A DNA stretch of 22,031 nucleotides from an uncultured Planctomycetota bacterium (lineage in GTDB: Bacteria; Planctomycetota; PUPC01), in the NCBI GenBank assembly GCA_964385685.1, contig CAYLQD010000063.1, forward strand, positions 1-22,031. Direction: 5' to 3'. The position numbers and the translations under genes were made by a program. Positions 7,432-15,812 of the stretch are shown here, in pieces; the stretch's first letter is position 1, and each line of letters opens with the position of its first letter. The notes beneath the pieces were generated by a model that did no database searches, was not told where the DNA came from, and was given only the letters and a program-made list of their open reading frames with translations.

Positions 7432-9654
7432 TCAGGGCTGCGGGGCCTCGTAGGTGTCGTCGAGAGGCAGGGCCTCCGGCATTTCGGAGCCGGCTTCGGG
7501 TGCGGGCGCGGCGGCCGCTTCGTCGGGCGGCGCCTCTTCCGTATCCACGGGCGCGGCCGCTTCGTCGGCCGGTGCCCCTTCCGCATCCACGGCCGCGGCC
7601 GCCTCGTCGGGCGGCGGCGCTCCCGTATCCATGGGCACGGTGGCCGTCTCGTCGGGCGGCGGCGCTCCCGCATCCATGGGCGCGGCGGCCGTCTCGTCAG
7701 ATGACGGCTCCTCACCGGGTCGGACCGGGCCCATGAAATACTTGGTCAGGACCGAGGCGAGCCCATCGATCGAGCCAGAGCCGCCTCCGCCGGCGACGAG
7801 CACTTCGGGCACGAACTTGTTCTTGCCCTCGGCCACGGCGTGGGCGATGTTCACGAGCGCCGTCGGCGTTTGCCCGAGCGCCGCGACCTGCGCCCGGAAG
7901 GCCTCGGCGCGTGCCATGCCGATCGAGCGGTGCTTGGCGCCCTGCGCCTCGCCGGTCTTCTGGATGTACTCGGCCTCGCCCGAGCCCTCGGCCTTGCGGG
8001 CGTCGGCCTCGTTGGTCTTGATGTCGATGCTGACCTGCGACTTGGCGAGGTCGCGCTGCATGTCGGCGGTGCCGCGCGCCTTCTCCGTCGCGACGCGCTG
8101 GTTCTCGGCCGTCTCCTGCATCTCGTACGTCGCGATCTCCTGGTTCGCAATCTCGCGGTCGGTCAACACCTTGACGAGTTCCTGCGGCAAGACGACGTCC
8201 TGGATGTAGACGCCCGGCGTCTCGACCTTGTACTGCCCAAGCTCTTCCTGAATGTGCTGGAGCGCCTCCTTCTGCACGAGCTGGCGCGTCTCGATGAAGC
8301 GGATGGCGGGCATGCTCTGGAGCTTGTCGCGGAAGTGGTTGCCGACGGCCGCCTGCAACACTTCGTTGGCGAGGTTCTGCATCGTGCCGACCATCGAGAT
8401 GACCCACGGGGCTTGGGTGTCTGCGACGTGGATCTGGACCTGGAGGTCGATGGAGAACTCGAAGCCCTCGCGGCTCTTCGCGATGATGGGCTTGAGGTGG
8501 GCGTCGAGGTCGTGGGCGCGCGAGATGGCCTCCGCCCAGTTGAGCGTCAGGATGGCGGTCATCACGATCTGCGGCTGGTAGCAGTGGGGGTTGATCGGAT
8601 ACTTGCCGGTGCGAAGCGGCTCCTGCCAGATTCCGCGGTGGCCGGGGCGGACGAGCGACCCGAACTTGAACTCCTCGCCCGACGTGTCCTGTGTGACGAG
8701 GCCGACGTAGGACTTGATGACGGCAACCTGCCCCTGCTCGACGACCAGCATCGGCACGATCTCGACGCTGACGAGGAATGGGTTGAGCGTGTAGGCGCCG
8801 TAGAGCAACGGGTCGTGCTGAAGTCCGATCTTGCCGCCGCTGTCCAGGAACGCCTGGAAGTCCTGATAGTTGTTGTGCTTGTTGTTCTTGCTGCCGAGGA
8901 TCGCCTCGATCAGGTCATGGTCGGTCGTGCCCTCCGTGTGTTCCATCTCCTCGATATCCGAGAACCTGCCGAGCCGGCTCGCGATGGCGCCCGGCGGCAG
9001 CGGGTCCCCCTCATACGTGGTCACGATCCCGAGCGTGTCGATCGTCCGGCCGTCTTCGCCATGGACCTGCGGGCCGATGCGAAGGACGCGGAGCTGTTCG
9101 GGCGCCAAGCCGAACGACTCCGAAAGCAGCGCGCCGTCGCGCGCCGTGGCCTTCAGCTTGAGTTCTTCGGAGATGGGCACGCCATAGACACGGTCCTCGG
9201 TGATAGTCAGGAACGCCGCCGGATGGATAGGGGCAAGGGTGCCCGGCGGCAGCACGGGGCGCTGCACTCCCTTCTGCCCGCCGTTTTCGAGGAAGACGTG
9301 CAGGTCGCTGAAGTTGCCCAGCTCTGTCTTGTACACGGCCGACTTGGCGCCCGTCGGCAGCGGCGCGCCGACCTGGGCGACGACGACGCCGATCTTGCCG
9401 GCCGGAATCTGTACCCACGGATGCTTGCGGACGATATAGACGACCCAGAACTTGAACCGCCAGCCCGGCATCAGAAGGTCCGCCTGATACCCCGCCTCCC
9501 CGCGGAACGCGATGGGGTTATCCTCGCTCAGCTTTCTGAGCGAGAACCGCTTGATGACCAGGCCGATCTGCGTCGGGCCGATGATGCGGATCGACGGCAC
9601 GATCAGGATCAAAGCCACAATGAGGACCAGTGCGAGAATTGCCAAGGTGCCCAT
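7432..9654 (-). CDS. flotillin-family (SPFH/band-7 domain) membrane protein with a C-terminal acidic repeat tail
   Basis: 740 aa. N-terminal hydrophobic segment MGTLAILALVLIVALILIVPSIRIIGP. A long SPFH-like core. Then Glu/Ala-rich heptad-like flotillin repeats (...ATYEMQETAENQRVATEKARGTADMQRDLAKSQVSIDIKTNEADARKAEGSGEAEYIQKTGEAQGAKHRSIGMARAEAFRAQVAALGQ...). The ATG at 9654 is preceded by GGAGG at a 6-nt spacing. Confidence 0.7.
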   Translation of the reverse strand: MGTLAILALVLIVALILIVPSIRIIGPTQIGLVIKRFSLRKLSEDNPIAFRGEAGYQADLLMPGWRFKFWVVYIVRKHPWVQIPAGKIGVVVAQVGAPLPTGAKSAVYKTELGNFSDLHVFLENGGQKGVQRPVLPPGTLAPIHPAAFLTITEDRVYGVPISEELKLKATARDGALLSESFGLAPEQLRVLRIGPQVHGEDGRTIDTLGIVTTYEGDPLPPGAIASRLGRFSDIEEMEHTEGTTDHDLIEAILGSKNNKHNNYQDFQAFLDSGGKIGLQHDPLLYGAYTLNPFLVSVEIVPMLVVEQGQVAVIKSYVGLVTQDTSGEEFKFGSLVRPGHRGIWQEPLRTGKYPINPHCYQPQIVMTAILTLNWAEAISRAHDLDAHLKPIIAKSREGFEFSIDLQVQIHVADTQAPWVISMVGTMQNLANEVLQAAVGNHFRDKLQSMPAIRFIETRQLVQKEALQHIQEELGQYKVETPGVYIQDVVLPQELVKVLTDREIANQEIATYEMQETAENQRVATEKARGTADMQRDLAKSQVSIDIKTNEADARKAEGSGEAEYIQKTGEAQGAKHRSIGMARAEAFRAQVAALGQTPTALVNIAHAVAEGKNKFVPEVLVAGGGGSGSIDGLASVLTKYFMGPVRPGEEPSSDETAAAPMDAGAPPPDETATVPMDTGAPPPDEAAAAVDAEGAPADEAAAPVDTEEAPPDEAAAAPAPEAGSEMPEALPLDDTYEAPQP
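7486..7698 (-). repeat. five tandem ~42-bp (14-15 aa) repeats encoding the acidic, Pro/Ala-rich C-terminal tail of the flotillin (DETAAAPMDAGAPPP / DETATVPMDTGAPPP / DEAAAAVDAEGAPA / DEAAAPVDTEEAPP / DEAAAAPAPEAGS)
   Basis: Visible in both the DNA and the translation. Confidence 0.75.
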
Positions 9655-9708
9655 GTCTCCCCTCCTTCATTATTGCGAGTTGAGCAGATGCATCTCCGGA
9701 TGAGCCAG

Positions 9709-9737
9709 ATATTACTTCCGGGACGACGGGCGAGCAA
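9709..9737 (-). promoter_or_regulatory. candidate sigma-70 promoter for the flotillin gene (TTGCTC-N17-TAATAT on the minus strand)
   Basis: Reverse complement of 9709-9737. Lies about 55 nt upstream of the ATG at 9654. Confidence 0.4.
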
Positions 9738-9797
9738 GGGCTTTTTGCTGAAACTTGCGCGGCCATTCCCCCGCCGCTTCCGTTTCCGGCAAGCCGA

Positions 9798-9826
9798 TTG
9801 ACAATCAGGCGATAACGGGGTTAAAT
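9798..9826 (+). promoter_or_regulatory. near-consensus sigma-70 promoter TTGACA-N17-TTAAAT driving the GNAT-CBS gene
   Basis: ttgaca atcaggcgataacgggg ttaaat. A perfect -35, a 17-nt spacer and a 4/6 match at the -10. A GAGGGGG Shine-Dalgarno site lies about 8 nt before the ATG at 9869. Confidence 0.55.
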
Positions 9827-9868
9827 CTCTGTAGGTGGGGATCTCGACCGTATTGAGGGGGCGGCTCG

Positions 9869-10849
9869 ATGGCACCTGCGAACGACGACCGGCCGCGGGG
9901 CGAAGGGCAGGGAACCCCTCCCGATCAGGACGACCGCGTCTCGACCGACCAGCTCGAAGACTGCTCCGCCTACCAGTATCCGCACGCCTTCATCAACAAG
10001 TCCGACCAGCCCATCGTCATCAAGGGGCTCGACCCGAAGTGGCACGAGCAGCTCACTCAGATGTACCTGGGCTACGAGCCCAAGGGCTCGTTCAGCGGCT
10101 TGCCGCCCCTCACGCCCGAGGCCTGCACGCGCTGGGTCGACGGCATGATCGCCCAGGCCGTCAACCTCATTGCGATGTCGTTCGAGGGCGGCGTCGTCGG
10201 CCACACCGCCATCTTTCCCTCGCCCGGGCGACGGTGCGAGATGCTCGTCGTTGTCTCGCCCCCCGACCAAAACCACGGCATCGGGACGGAACTCGTGCGC
10301 TGCACCGTCCACCTGTCGCACGCGCTCGGGTTCGAGCATATCTGGGCGTCGATCGAACTGAAGAACCTCCGATGCCGCCACGTTCTCAAGAAGTGCGGGT
10401 TCGAATGCCTCACGCCCACGAGCACCGACGAGTCGAAGCTCGAGCTGGACCTGCGCGGGTTCCACGACCCCAACCGGACGACCGTCTGTGAGGTCATGGA
10501 CCGGCACGTCATCACGATCCACAAGAACTGGTCGTGTCGCGACGCCGTCGAGATGTTCCTGAGCAGTCCGGTCGGCTCGCTGCCCGTTGTGAACGACCGC
10601 GACGAAGTCGTCGGGATCCTCTCGCAGACCGACCTCCTCGTGCCGGCCAACATCGACAAGCGGGTCGGCGATATCTGCACGCGGAAGGTCATCCGGGTCG
10701 ACGAGGATTGTTCGCTCGCCCGGGTGATTCACATCTTTCAGACGAAGAAGATCTGGTGCATCCCCGTGGTCGATATGGAAGGACGGCTGGCGGGGGTTGT
10801 CACGCGGGAGGACATCCTCGCCTACTTCTCCGACCGCAAGAAGAGGTAG
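9869..10849 (+). CDS. GNAT-family N-acetyltransferase fused to a C-terminal CBS-domain pair
   Basis: 326 aa. An acetyl-CoA-binding Q/R-x-x-G-x-G/A motif (DQNHGIGTELV) sits within ...EMLVVVSPPDQNHGIGTELVRCTVHLSHALGFEHIWASIELKNLRCRHVLKKCGFE. Two CBS-like repeats follow: VCEVMDRHVITIHKNWSCRDAVEMFLSSPVGSLPVVNDRDEVVGILSQTDLL and VGDICTRKVIRVDEDCSLARVIHIFQTKKIWCIPVVDMEGRLAGVVTREDILAYF. Confidence 0.6.
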   Translation: MAPANDDRPRGEGQGTPPDQDDRVSTDQLEDCSAYQYPHAFINKSDQPIVIKGLDPKWHEQLTQMYLGYEPKGSFSGLPPLTPEACTRWVDGMIAQAVNLIAMSFEGGVVGHTAIFPSPGRRCEMLVVVSPPDQNHGIGTELVRCTVHLSHALGFEHIWASIELKNLRCRHVLKKCGFECLTPTSTDESKLELDLRGFHDPNRTTVCEVMDRHVITIHKNWSCRDAVEMFLSSPVGSLPVVNDRDEVVGILSQTDLLVPANIDKRVGDICTRKVIRVDEDCSLARVIHIFQTKKIWCIPVVDMEGRLAGVVTREDILAYFSDRKKR

Positions 10850-10863
10850 GGGCGGGCCCGCCC
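10850..10863. terminator. palindromic GC hairpin GGGCGGGCCCGCCC between the convergent stops of the GNAT-CBS gene and PEP-CTERM gene 1; candidate bidirectional terminator
   Basis: Self-complementary 14-mer sitting in the 19-bp gap between the stop at 10847-10849 (+) and the stop at 10869-10871 (-). Confidence 0.35.
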
Positions 10864-10868
10864 GGCGC

Positions 10869-12260
10869 TCACACCCGTCGCCGTCTGCGGCTGATCCCCA
10901 CCAGCCCAATCAGCCCCAGTCCGCCCGGCTCGGGGACGGGCGGGCGGGTGGCCGGGATGAGCCACAAGGTGAACCCCGGATTCGTCAGCCGGAGCTGGCC
11001 GAGCGGGAAGAAGCGGTCGTAGAGACAGAGCAGCGGGGTCGTGTCCCATTCGTCCGGCTGCAGGTGGTCCATCCAACTCGCGTAGAGGGCCGAGTTCAGC
11101 TCGACGGGCGGCAGGGCCTCGGCCTCGAAGTCGAAGACGAGCACGTTGCCGGGATTGCCGACCTCCGTGAACGTGAACCGCGGCATCACGGGGAGCGTGG
11201 CCTGATACGTACCGCCGTTGATGTGCGTCCGCGTCGCGGTCAGCTCGCCCTGCTGTTGCGTCGGGCTCAGATCGACAGACACGTCGAACTCCACGTCGCC
11301 TCCCGGCATGCCCGTGACGACGATCGGATCGGTGGACTGGAGACTGAGCGCGACGATCTCGATGGGAGTCGTGTCCATGTCGCCGACGCGAGGCAGGTTG
11401 AGTTCACCCGCCCGCGCGATGAGTGTGTCGGTCGAATCGTAGGGATCGGGCGCCGCGGCGTCGGCCGGCACGCCGCCGTCGAACGGATCGGAGCCGGGGC
11501 CGAAGAAGCCCGCGGGAATGGCCGGCACACCGCCCTTGCCGAACTCGACCTGGCACTGGACCGTCTCGTGGCACATCCAGCCGTCGATCGTCGCGCCGCA
11601 GATCGGCAGCAGGCACTCCTGAACGGGATTCTCGTACACGCCGTCGTATCCATCGAGCGGGCCGCCGACCGCTCCCTCGAATCCGGTCATGTATGAGATG
11701 TCGAAGGAGCTGTCGACGTTGTAGTCCCCGTCCGGCAGCTTGGTCAGCGTGACCTGGCCGAGGCACGGCGTGCCGTAGTTGCTCCCGGCGACGTACCAGA
11801 AGCTCTGGAAATTTGGGTCGGGCGGCGCGCCGCCCTCGAGCACGAGCAGGTTCGTGTCGAACGTCTGGACCGGGGCGCCCAGGGTCCGCGGCCCGGCGTG
11901 CGCGCCCATGAAGCCGTTGGCGTCGATCATGCCGCTGAAGCCGGCGAGGTCCCCGAGGCCGATGACGTCGAAATCGGCGTCGCACTGGACCGTCCCCTCG
12001 CATTCGCCGTCCAGCCCGGTGAATACCTCCTGGAAGTTATGGCAGTCCGACAGATCGAGGTCGCACTCGAGTTCCCAGTCGGGCGGCGGGACGGAATCGG
12101 CGCCGAACGTGATCCCGGTCATGTACATCGGGATCGTGATCAGGTCTTCGAGGTTGACCGTTCCCGTGCCGTCGTCGGGCGCGGTCGGCCCGGCCGCCGC
12201 TGGCGCCGCCAGCGCCATCGCGACTGTGACGCCCAATGCTGTCCGCATTATCATCCTCAT
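10869..12260 (-). CDS. PEP-CTERM sorting-domain protein 1 (Cys-rich secreted protein)
   Basis: Signal peptide MRMIMRTALGVTVAMALAAPAAAG. The C-terminus, ...PVPEPGGLGLIGLVGISRRRRRV*, carries the full PEP + hydrophobic helix + Arg-cluster signature of exosortase substrates. An AAAGGGGG Shine-Dalgarno site lies 7 nt before the ATG. Confidence 0.75.
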   Translation of the reverse strand: MRMIMRTALGVTVAMALAAPAAAGPTAPDDGTGTVNLEDLITIPMYMTGITFGADSVPPPDWELECDLDLSDCHNFQEVFTGLDGECEGTVQCDADFDVIGLGDLAGFSGMIDANGFMGAHAGPRTLGAPVQTFDTNLLVLEGGAPPDPNFQSFWYVAGSNYGTPCLGQVTLTKLPDGDYNVDSSFDISYMTGFEGAVGGPLDGYDGVYENPVQECLLPICGATIDGWMCHETVQCQVEFGKGGVPAIPAGFFGPGSDPFDGGVPADAAAPDPYDSTDTLIARAGELNLPRVGDMDTTPIEIVALSLQSTDPIVVTGMPGGDVEFDVSVDLSPTQQQGELTATRTHINGGTYQATLPVMPRFTFTEVGNPGNVLVFDFEAEALPPVELNSALYASWMDHLQPDEWDTTPLLCLYDRFFPLGQLRLTNPGFTLWLIPATRPPVPEPGGLGLIGLVGISRRRRRV

Positions 12261-12353
12261 TCTGTGCCCCCTTTCTTCTCTGCGGCGGCGCGGGCTGTGG
12301 CACAGCCACCCATCCCCCGCCCCGCCTTCCTGTTTCCTGTTCCGCCGCTGCGG

Positions 12354-14492
12354 CTACCTCCTTCTCTTGCGCGCCAATCCGATCCATCCGATCAGCAGCA
12401 GCCCCCACGCGCCCGGCTCGGGAATCGGCTCGCCGGTGCTAGGATCGACGACGACGAACTCGACGCCCGGCGTGTCGCTCTCCGGCTGCAGGTCCCACGT
12501 GTCGCCGAAGTCGATGTCGGCCCAGCCGGCGGCGTCGGACCACGCGTCGCCGCCCAGAGCGTAGTAGAGCGAGACATGCTCGCCCGGGGCGAGGAAGAAC
12601 ACGTCCTCCAGCAGAATATCGAGCGAGACGTTGAGGTCGACGCCGTTGGCCTGCGGGGTGACCACGAACGCGGAGTCGTACGCGGGGGCCTCGATGTCCA
12701 CCAACGGCATCACGAAATCGTCGTCGTCGCTGTCCGTGTTGAATACCGCGACCATGTACTGTCCAAGGCCCTCGTCGTAGAAGAGCTTGATGGTGGCATC
12801 GACCAGCGTCACTTCGGGGCTCGTCTCCGAGGCGGCCTGGGCGGTGAAGGCGAACTCCACCCTGCTGTCCTCTTCGCGGATGGACAGGGCGCCCGTGAGC
12901 AGCCAGCCGAGGTCGAAGTCGATGATTTCATCGCCGCCGACGGGCTCGAGTTGACTGACGAACGCGCCAGCACCCCAGGCGTGACGTGCGGTCGCTTCGG
13001 CGCCAAACGGGATGTACTCCCCCTCGGCGTACGCCTGGGCGGCGACCGAGCCGCCGCCGCCGAACGGGTTAATGGTCGCCCGGCCATGGCCCGAGGCGAC
13101 CGTCTGGGCGCCTTCGGTATGCTCGACGTCCACCGTCACGCCGTACGGGGGCGTATCGTCGGTGACGTCGAAGCTGTCGCCGTCCACTTCACCGGCCCTC
13201 GCACGGGCATAGGTGTCGTCGAGGTCGATGGTCTCGCCGGTCCCGCCGAGGGTCGCGGTGTAGACGGCGCTGCTCCCTTCGCCGTCCATGGTGAACGCGA
13301 CGGTGTCGCCGCGTACGCTCCGGTTGCCGATGCCGAATCCGGCCCAGTCGTAGCCGTTGAAGTCGTCGCCGCTGGCGGTCACCCGGTGCAGCGTGGCGCC
13401 CTCGAGGAAGTACAGGCCCATCGCGCCGTCGTCGTTACGGGTGGCCGTGAACGCGATGTTGTCGCCCCACCGCGACACGCCCTCCATCCCGATGCCGGTG
13501 AAGCCGCTGCCGTCTTCGGGGTCGGTGACGTCGTCGGGCACGGCCGTGGCAAGCGTGCCGCTATCGACCGTGACGATGACGCCGTTGGCACCCAGCGCCA
13601 CGTTGCCCTCGTGGACGCTGTAGCGGAGGAAGTTCCCCACCGGATTCCCGGTGTCGGGCACGATGTCCTGGCTGTCGACAATCTTCAGAAGGTCGCCGCC
13701 GGCCGTGTCCATCGAGTAGAGGCCGTAGCGGCCGACGTTGCTGAATCCGCCGAAGTAGATGCGGGTGCTGCCGCCGACCTCGGTGAACTGCGGATGGTAG
13801 TAGTGGAGGAACGTCTCGCCCGGCGCGTCCGGCACGGCCGCCGTGTCGTCCATGAATCGGGTGAGCGTGTCGGTCGAGTCGTTGAACAGGTAGAGCCCGT
13901 TCTGCGTCAGCGTGTGCGTCGCGGACGTTCCCGCGGCGAAGACCTGGCGGCGGCCGTACACGTCGGTCTGGGTGAACGACTCGAACGGAACGCCGTAGCC
14001 GGGCGCAATCGTCGCCAGGTCGGCGACGCGCGTGCCCGTTCCGCGGTACACGCTCGGCTGGCCGGTGTGAGTGGAGGGCGGATCGATGACATAGCCGTAC
14101 GCCGGGTACGTGCTGTCGGGCTTCTCGTCGAACGCGAAACTCCTCGGCTGATGAAGCAGCTCGCCCGATCCCGAGGGTGGGGCCTCCGTGGTCGTGTCGA
14201 AGACGACGCGGCCGGACAGCGCCATGTGGCTGTCGTAGAGCCCGTAGGTCCCGTCGCTCAGCCAGCCGGTGAAGGCGACGGTTTCGGCGGTCGACTCGTC
14301 GCTCAGAGCGGGGCCCATCCTGGCGTCCGAGACCTGGCGGAACGTCCCGCCTCCGCCGGCCGGCGCCGCCGACTCGCCCGCGATCCGCTTGAACACGAAG
14401 TCGGCCCGCGCGGGCGTCGCACACGCCAGCACGAGACCCGCCGCCACGCCCGACACGAACATCATCACCGCAACTTGCCTGAACATCTTCAT
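12354..14492 (-). CDS. PEP-CTERM sorting-domain protein 2 (large secreted protein, about 712 aa)
   Basis: C-terminus ...GEPIPEPGAWGLLLIGWIGLARKRRR*. The track ORF (to 14699) over-extends through the intergenic motif. The real start is ggaaGGAGATGAAGATGttc (ATG at 14492 or 14486), giving the signal peptide M(KM)FRQVAVMMFVSGVAAGLVLACATPARA. Confidence 0.7.
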   Translation of the reverse strand: MKMFRQVAVMMFVSGVAAGLVLACATPARADFVFKRIAGESAAPAGGGGTFRQVSDARMGPALSDESTAETVAFTGWLSDGTYGLYDSHMALSGRVVFDTTTEAPPSGSGELLHQPRSFAFDEKPDSTYPAYGYVIDPPSTHTGQPSVYRGTGTRVADLATIAPGYGVPFESFTQTDVYGRRQVFAAGTSATHTLTQNGLYLFNDSTDTLTRFMDDTAAVPDAPGETFLHYYHPQFTEVGGSTRIYFGGFSNVGRYGLYSMDTAGGDLLKIVDSQDIVPDTGNPVGNFLRYSVHEGNVALGANGVIVTVDSGTLATAVPDDVTDPEDGSGFTGIGMEGVSRWGDNIAFTATRNDDGAMGLYFLEGATLHRVTASGDDFNGYDWAGFGIGNRSVRGDTVAFTMDGEGSSAVYTATLGGTGETIDLDDTYARARAGEVDGDSFDVTDDTPPYGVTVDVEHTEGAQTVASGHGRATINPFGGGGSVAAQAYAEGEYIPFGAEATARHAWGAGAFVSQLEPVGGDEIIDFDLGWLLTGALSIREEDSRVEFAFTAQAASETSPEVTLVDATIKLFYDEGLGQYMVAVFNTDSDDDDFVMPLVDIEAPAYDSAFVVTPQANGVDLNVSLDILLEDVFFLAPGEHVSLYYALGGDAWSDAAGWADIDFGDTWDLQPESDTPGVEFVVVDPSTGEPIPEPGAWGLLLIGWIGLARKRRR

Positions 14493-14561
14493 CTCCTTCC
14501 CTCCTTTCACAAGTTTCACGTCCGGCCAAGTACCATCCGCACTCATTTCCTTCTTCTCAGC

Positions 14562-14588
14562 GCCTGCCCTGAGCCACGTCGAAGGGCC
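14562..14588 (-). repeat. ~27-nt recurring motif (sense GGCCCTTCGACGTGGCTCAGGGCAGGC), copy A. Other copies at 15704-15731 (B), 20106-20132 (C, inside the gene 8 coding tail) and 18968-18988 (D, inverted, overlapping the gene 7 stop)
   Basis: Near-identical strings read directly from the sequence. Contains an internal GCCCT...AGGGC stem. In copy C the same nucleotides encode the ...ALRRGSGRALGRKGRRR* tail of protein 8. In copies A and B the equivalent frame would read ALRRGSGQAL(R/K).RR(K/R) followed by a stop. Confidence 0.55.
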
Positions 14589-14604
14589 AGCATCGCGATT
14601 CTGC

Positions 14605-14680
14605 GCGACGGCAACGCCGTCGCGGGCGGCCTTCACCTCTACGGCTTCTCGCCGGTTTGGCCCGTGTTGGCCAAACCGGC
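14605..14680 (-). terminator. two strong hairpins 3' of PEP-CTERM gene 3: GCGACGGC-aac-GCCGTCGC (14605-14623) and a 12-bp stem GCCGGTTTGGCC-cgtgtt-GGCCAAACCGGC (14651-14680)
   Basis: Perfect stems read from the sequence. No U-tract follows, so intrinsic-terminator status is uncertain. The first hairpin is duplicated at 15748-15766, 3' of gene 4. Confidence 0.35.
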
Positions 14681-14720
14681 CCGGGCGGCTGATCGCCACA
14701 GCAATCAGCTTGCGGCCCTC

Positions 14721-15641
14721 CTACGAAAGGGCCGCCCGCCTCCTCCTCCGCAGCAGCAGGAGGGCCGCTATCAGCCCGAGCCCCGCGGGCTCGTGGACGG
14801 GCTCGCCGGCCAGGAAGTGGCCCGACTCCGACGTCCACGTGACGCCCTCGGGCACCTGCACCGGGCCGAGCGTTACGGTGTGGTGGTAGTGGACGCCCAA
14901 ATGAATCCCGCTCATGGCCAGCGGGTCCGGATTGACCCCCGCCGTCTCGGCGTCGGCCTGGATGGATGCGCTCATGTCGAACTCGGTAACCTTCTCGGTG
15001 TAGGAGAAGAAGGGCTCGATCGTCGTCCGTAGCTCGCCCTGCGTGTTGACCGTTCTGCCGCCGGGCGCCTCCACCAGGTCGACGATGTCCTGGAACGTCG
15101 TGATCCCGAGCGCCAGCCGCACCTCCGCGAGCAGGGCAAACCCCGTCACCGGCGGGCCGCCCGGATCCTGGAGAAGGGCCTCGACAAGGCCGGTGATCGT
15201 GTATGGAATCACGACGTCGACGCCCTCGGGATAGTTGCCCGGCGGCGTGGTGATGAGCAGCTTGTCGCGCATCTCCACGAACGAACTGGCGGTCACTCTC
15301 GACCAGCCGCCGGGGTATGCGGCGTTCTCAATGGCGGCGTATGCCCCCATCTCGGCCGTCCGCAGGTCGACAAGCCCATAGCCCTCGGCGATGTCCCCTT
15401 CAACCCCGGCGAGCGTGCCGTCGCCGACGAGGGTCGGCTCCTGGCTGAACTCCATCTCGTCGATAAACTGAATCTCTCCATCCGGGCCCGGGTCGACCTC
15501 TAGGTACATCATCCGCGAGGTGACGTGGGTCGTCTCGGCCACCGCGGCCGACGCGCACCAGGCGAGCACGGCGATCGCAACCGCCGCCGCGCAGCACGCC
15601 AGTGGCCGCAGCGGTCTTCCTGTGTTCCGCTCGTTCCTCAT
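14721..15641 (-). CDS. PEP-CTERM sorting-domain protein 3 (paralogue of protein 4)
   Basis: Real start MRNERNTGRPLRPLACCAAAVAIAVLAWCASAAVA, with its ATG at 15639-15641 preceded by GGAAGGAGGAGGaca. The track ORF extends to 15782 through the upstream motif. C-terminus ...HEPAGLGLIAALLLLRRRRRAALS*. Confidence 0.7.
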   Translation of the reverse strand: MRNERNTGRPLRPLACCAAAVAIAVLAWCASAAVAETTHVTSRMMYLEVDPGPDGEIQFIDEMEFSQEPTLVGDGTLAGVEGDIAEGYGLVDLRTAEMGAYAAIENAAYPGGWSRVTASSFVEMRDKLLITTPPGNYPEGVDVVIPYTITGLVEALLQDPGGPPVTGFALLAEVRLALGITTFQDIVDLVEAPGGRTVNTQGELRTTIEPFFSYTEKVTEFDMSASIQADAETAGVNPDPLAMSGIHLGVHYHHTVTLGPVQVPEGVTWTSESGHFLAGEPVHEPAGLGLIAALLLLRRRRRAALS

Positions 15642-15657
15642 TGTCCTCCTCCTTCCC

Positions 15658-15674
15658 GGCGCCCCCTTGGCGCC
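15658..15674 (-). promoter_or_regulatory. leader hairpin GGCGCC-ccctt-GGCGCC immediately 5' of the Shine-Dalgarno site of PEP-CTERM gene 3 (member of a recurring element)
   Basis: GGCGCC is self-complementary, so GGCGCC-N5-GGCGCC forms a 6-bp stem with a 5-nt loop. It lies roughly 1-6 nt 5' of the GGAGGAG-type Shine-Dalgarno site in the mRNA sense. Other copies: 16738-16754 (gene 4, loop gttgc), 20825-20841 (gene 8, loop gttgt), 21549-21565 (gene 9, loop gttgt) and a variant GCGCC-gcgcg-GGCGC at 17471-17485 (gene 5). Confidence 0.5.
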
Positions 15675-15812
15675 CGTCCCGTTCAACGCCTCCTCGTCTT
15701 CAACGCCTGCCCTGAGCCACGTCGAAGGGCCATCATCGCCAGCCGCGCGACGGCAACGCCGTCGCGTTGGCAGAATGGCCAAGAAGCCATTCGGCCAGCG
15801 GCCCGCTCGTGC

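Noticed and set aside
7840-9801. 653-aa plus ORF overlapping the flotillin gene
   Set aside because: Antisense shadow (V/D/G/L/R/E composition). The flotillin gene on the minus strand has convincing domain architecture.
10384-10400. GGTTCGAATGCC, resembling a tRNA T-arm
   Set aside because: It lies inside the GNAT coding sequence (encodes CGFECL) with no acceptor or anticodon arms around it. No tRNA was found anywhere in the window.
12261-12353. Possible sigma-54 (TGGCAC-N5-TTGC) promoters upstream of PEP-CTERM genes, prompted by TGGCACAG at ~12285
   Set aside because: The TGGCAC is on the wrong strand for the minus-strand genes and has no TTGC partner at the -12 spacing. No convincing -24/-12 element was found upstream of any array gene. 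Sigma-54/PrsR control remains possible but is not supported by what I can see.
14493-14699. N-terminal extensions of track ORFs for genes 2, 3, 5, 7 and 8 (for example MAISRPGRFGQHGPNRREAVEVKAARDGVAVAQNRDAGPSTWLRAG...)
   Set aside because: These read through intergenic hairpins and the 27-nt motif and lack Shine-Dalgarno sites. Internal ATG/GTG codons with strong GGAGG sites followed by textbook signal peptides are the real starts.
11898-15032. 1044-aa plus ORF, with similar long plus ORFs at 15525..16904, 17181..18830 and 18897..20255
   Set aside because: All are antisense to PEP-CTERM genes that have signal peptides, sorting tails and Shine-Dalgarno sites. Their compositions are antisense-like and they have no ribosome-binding sites.
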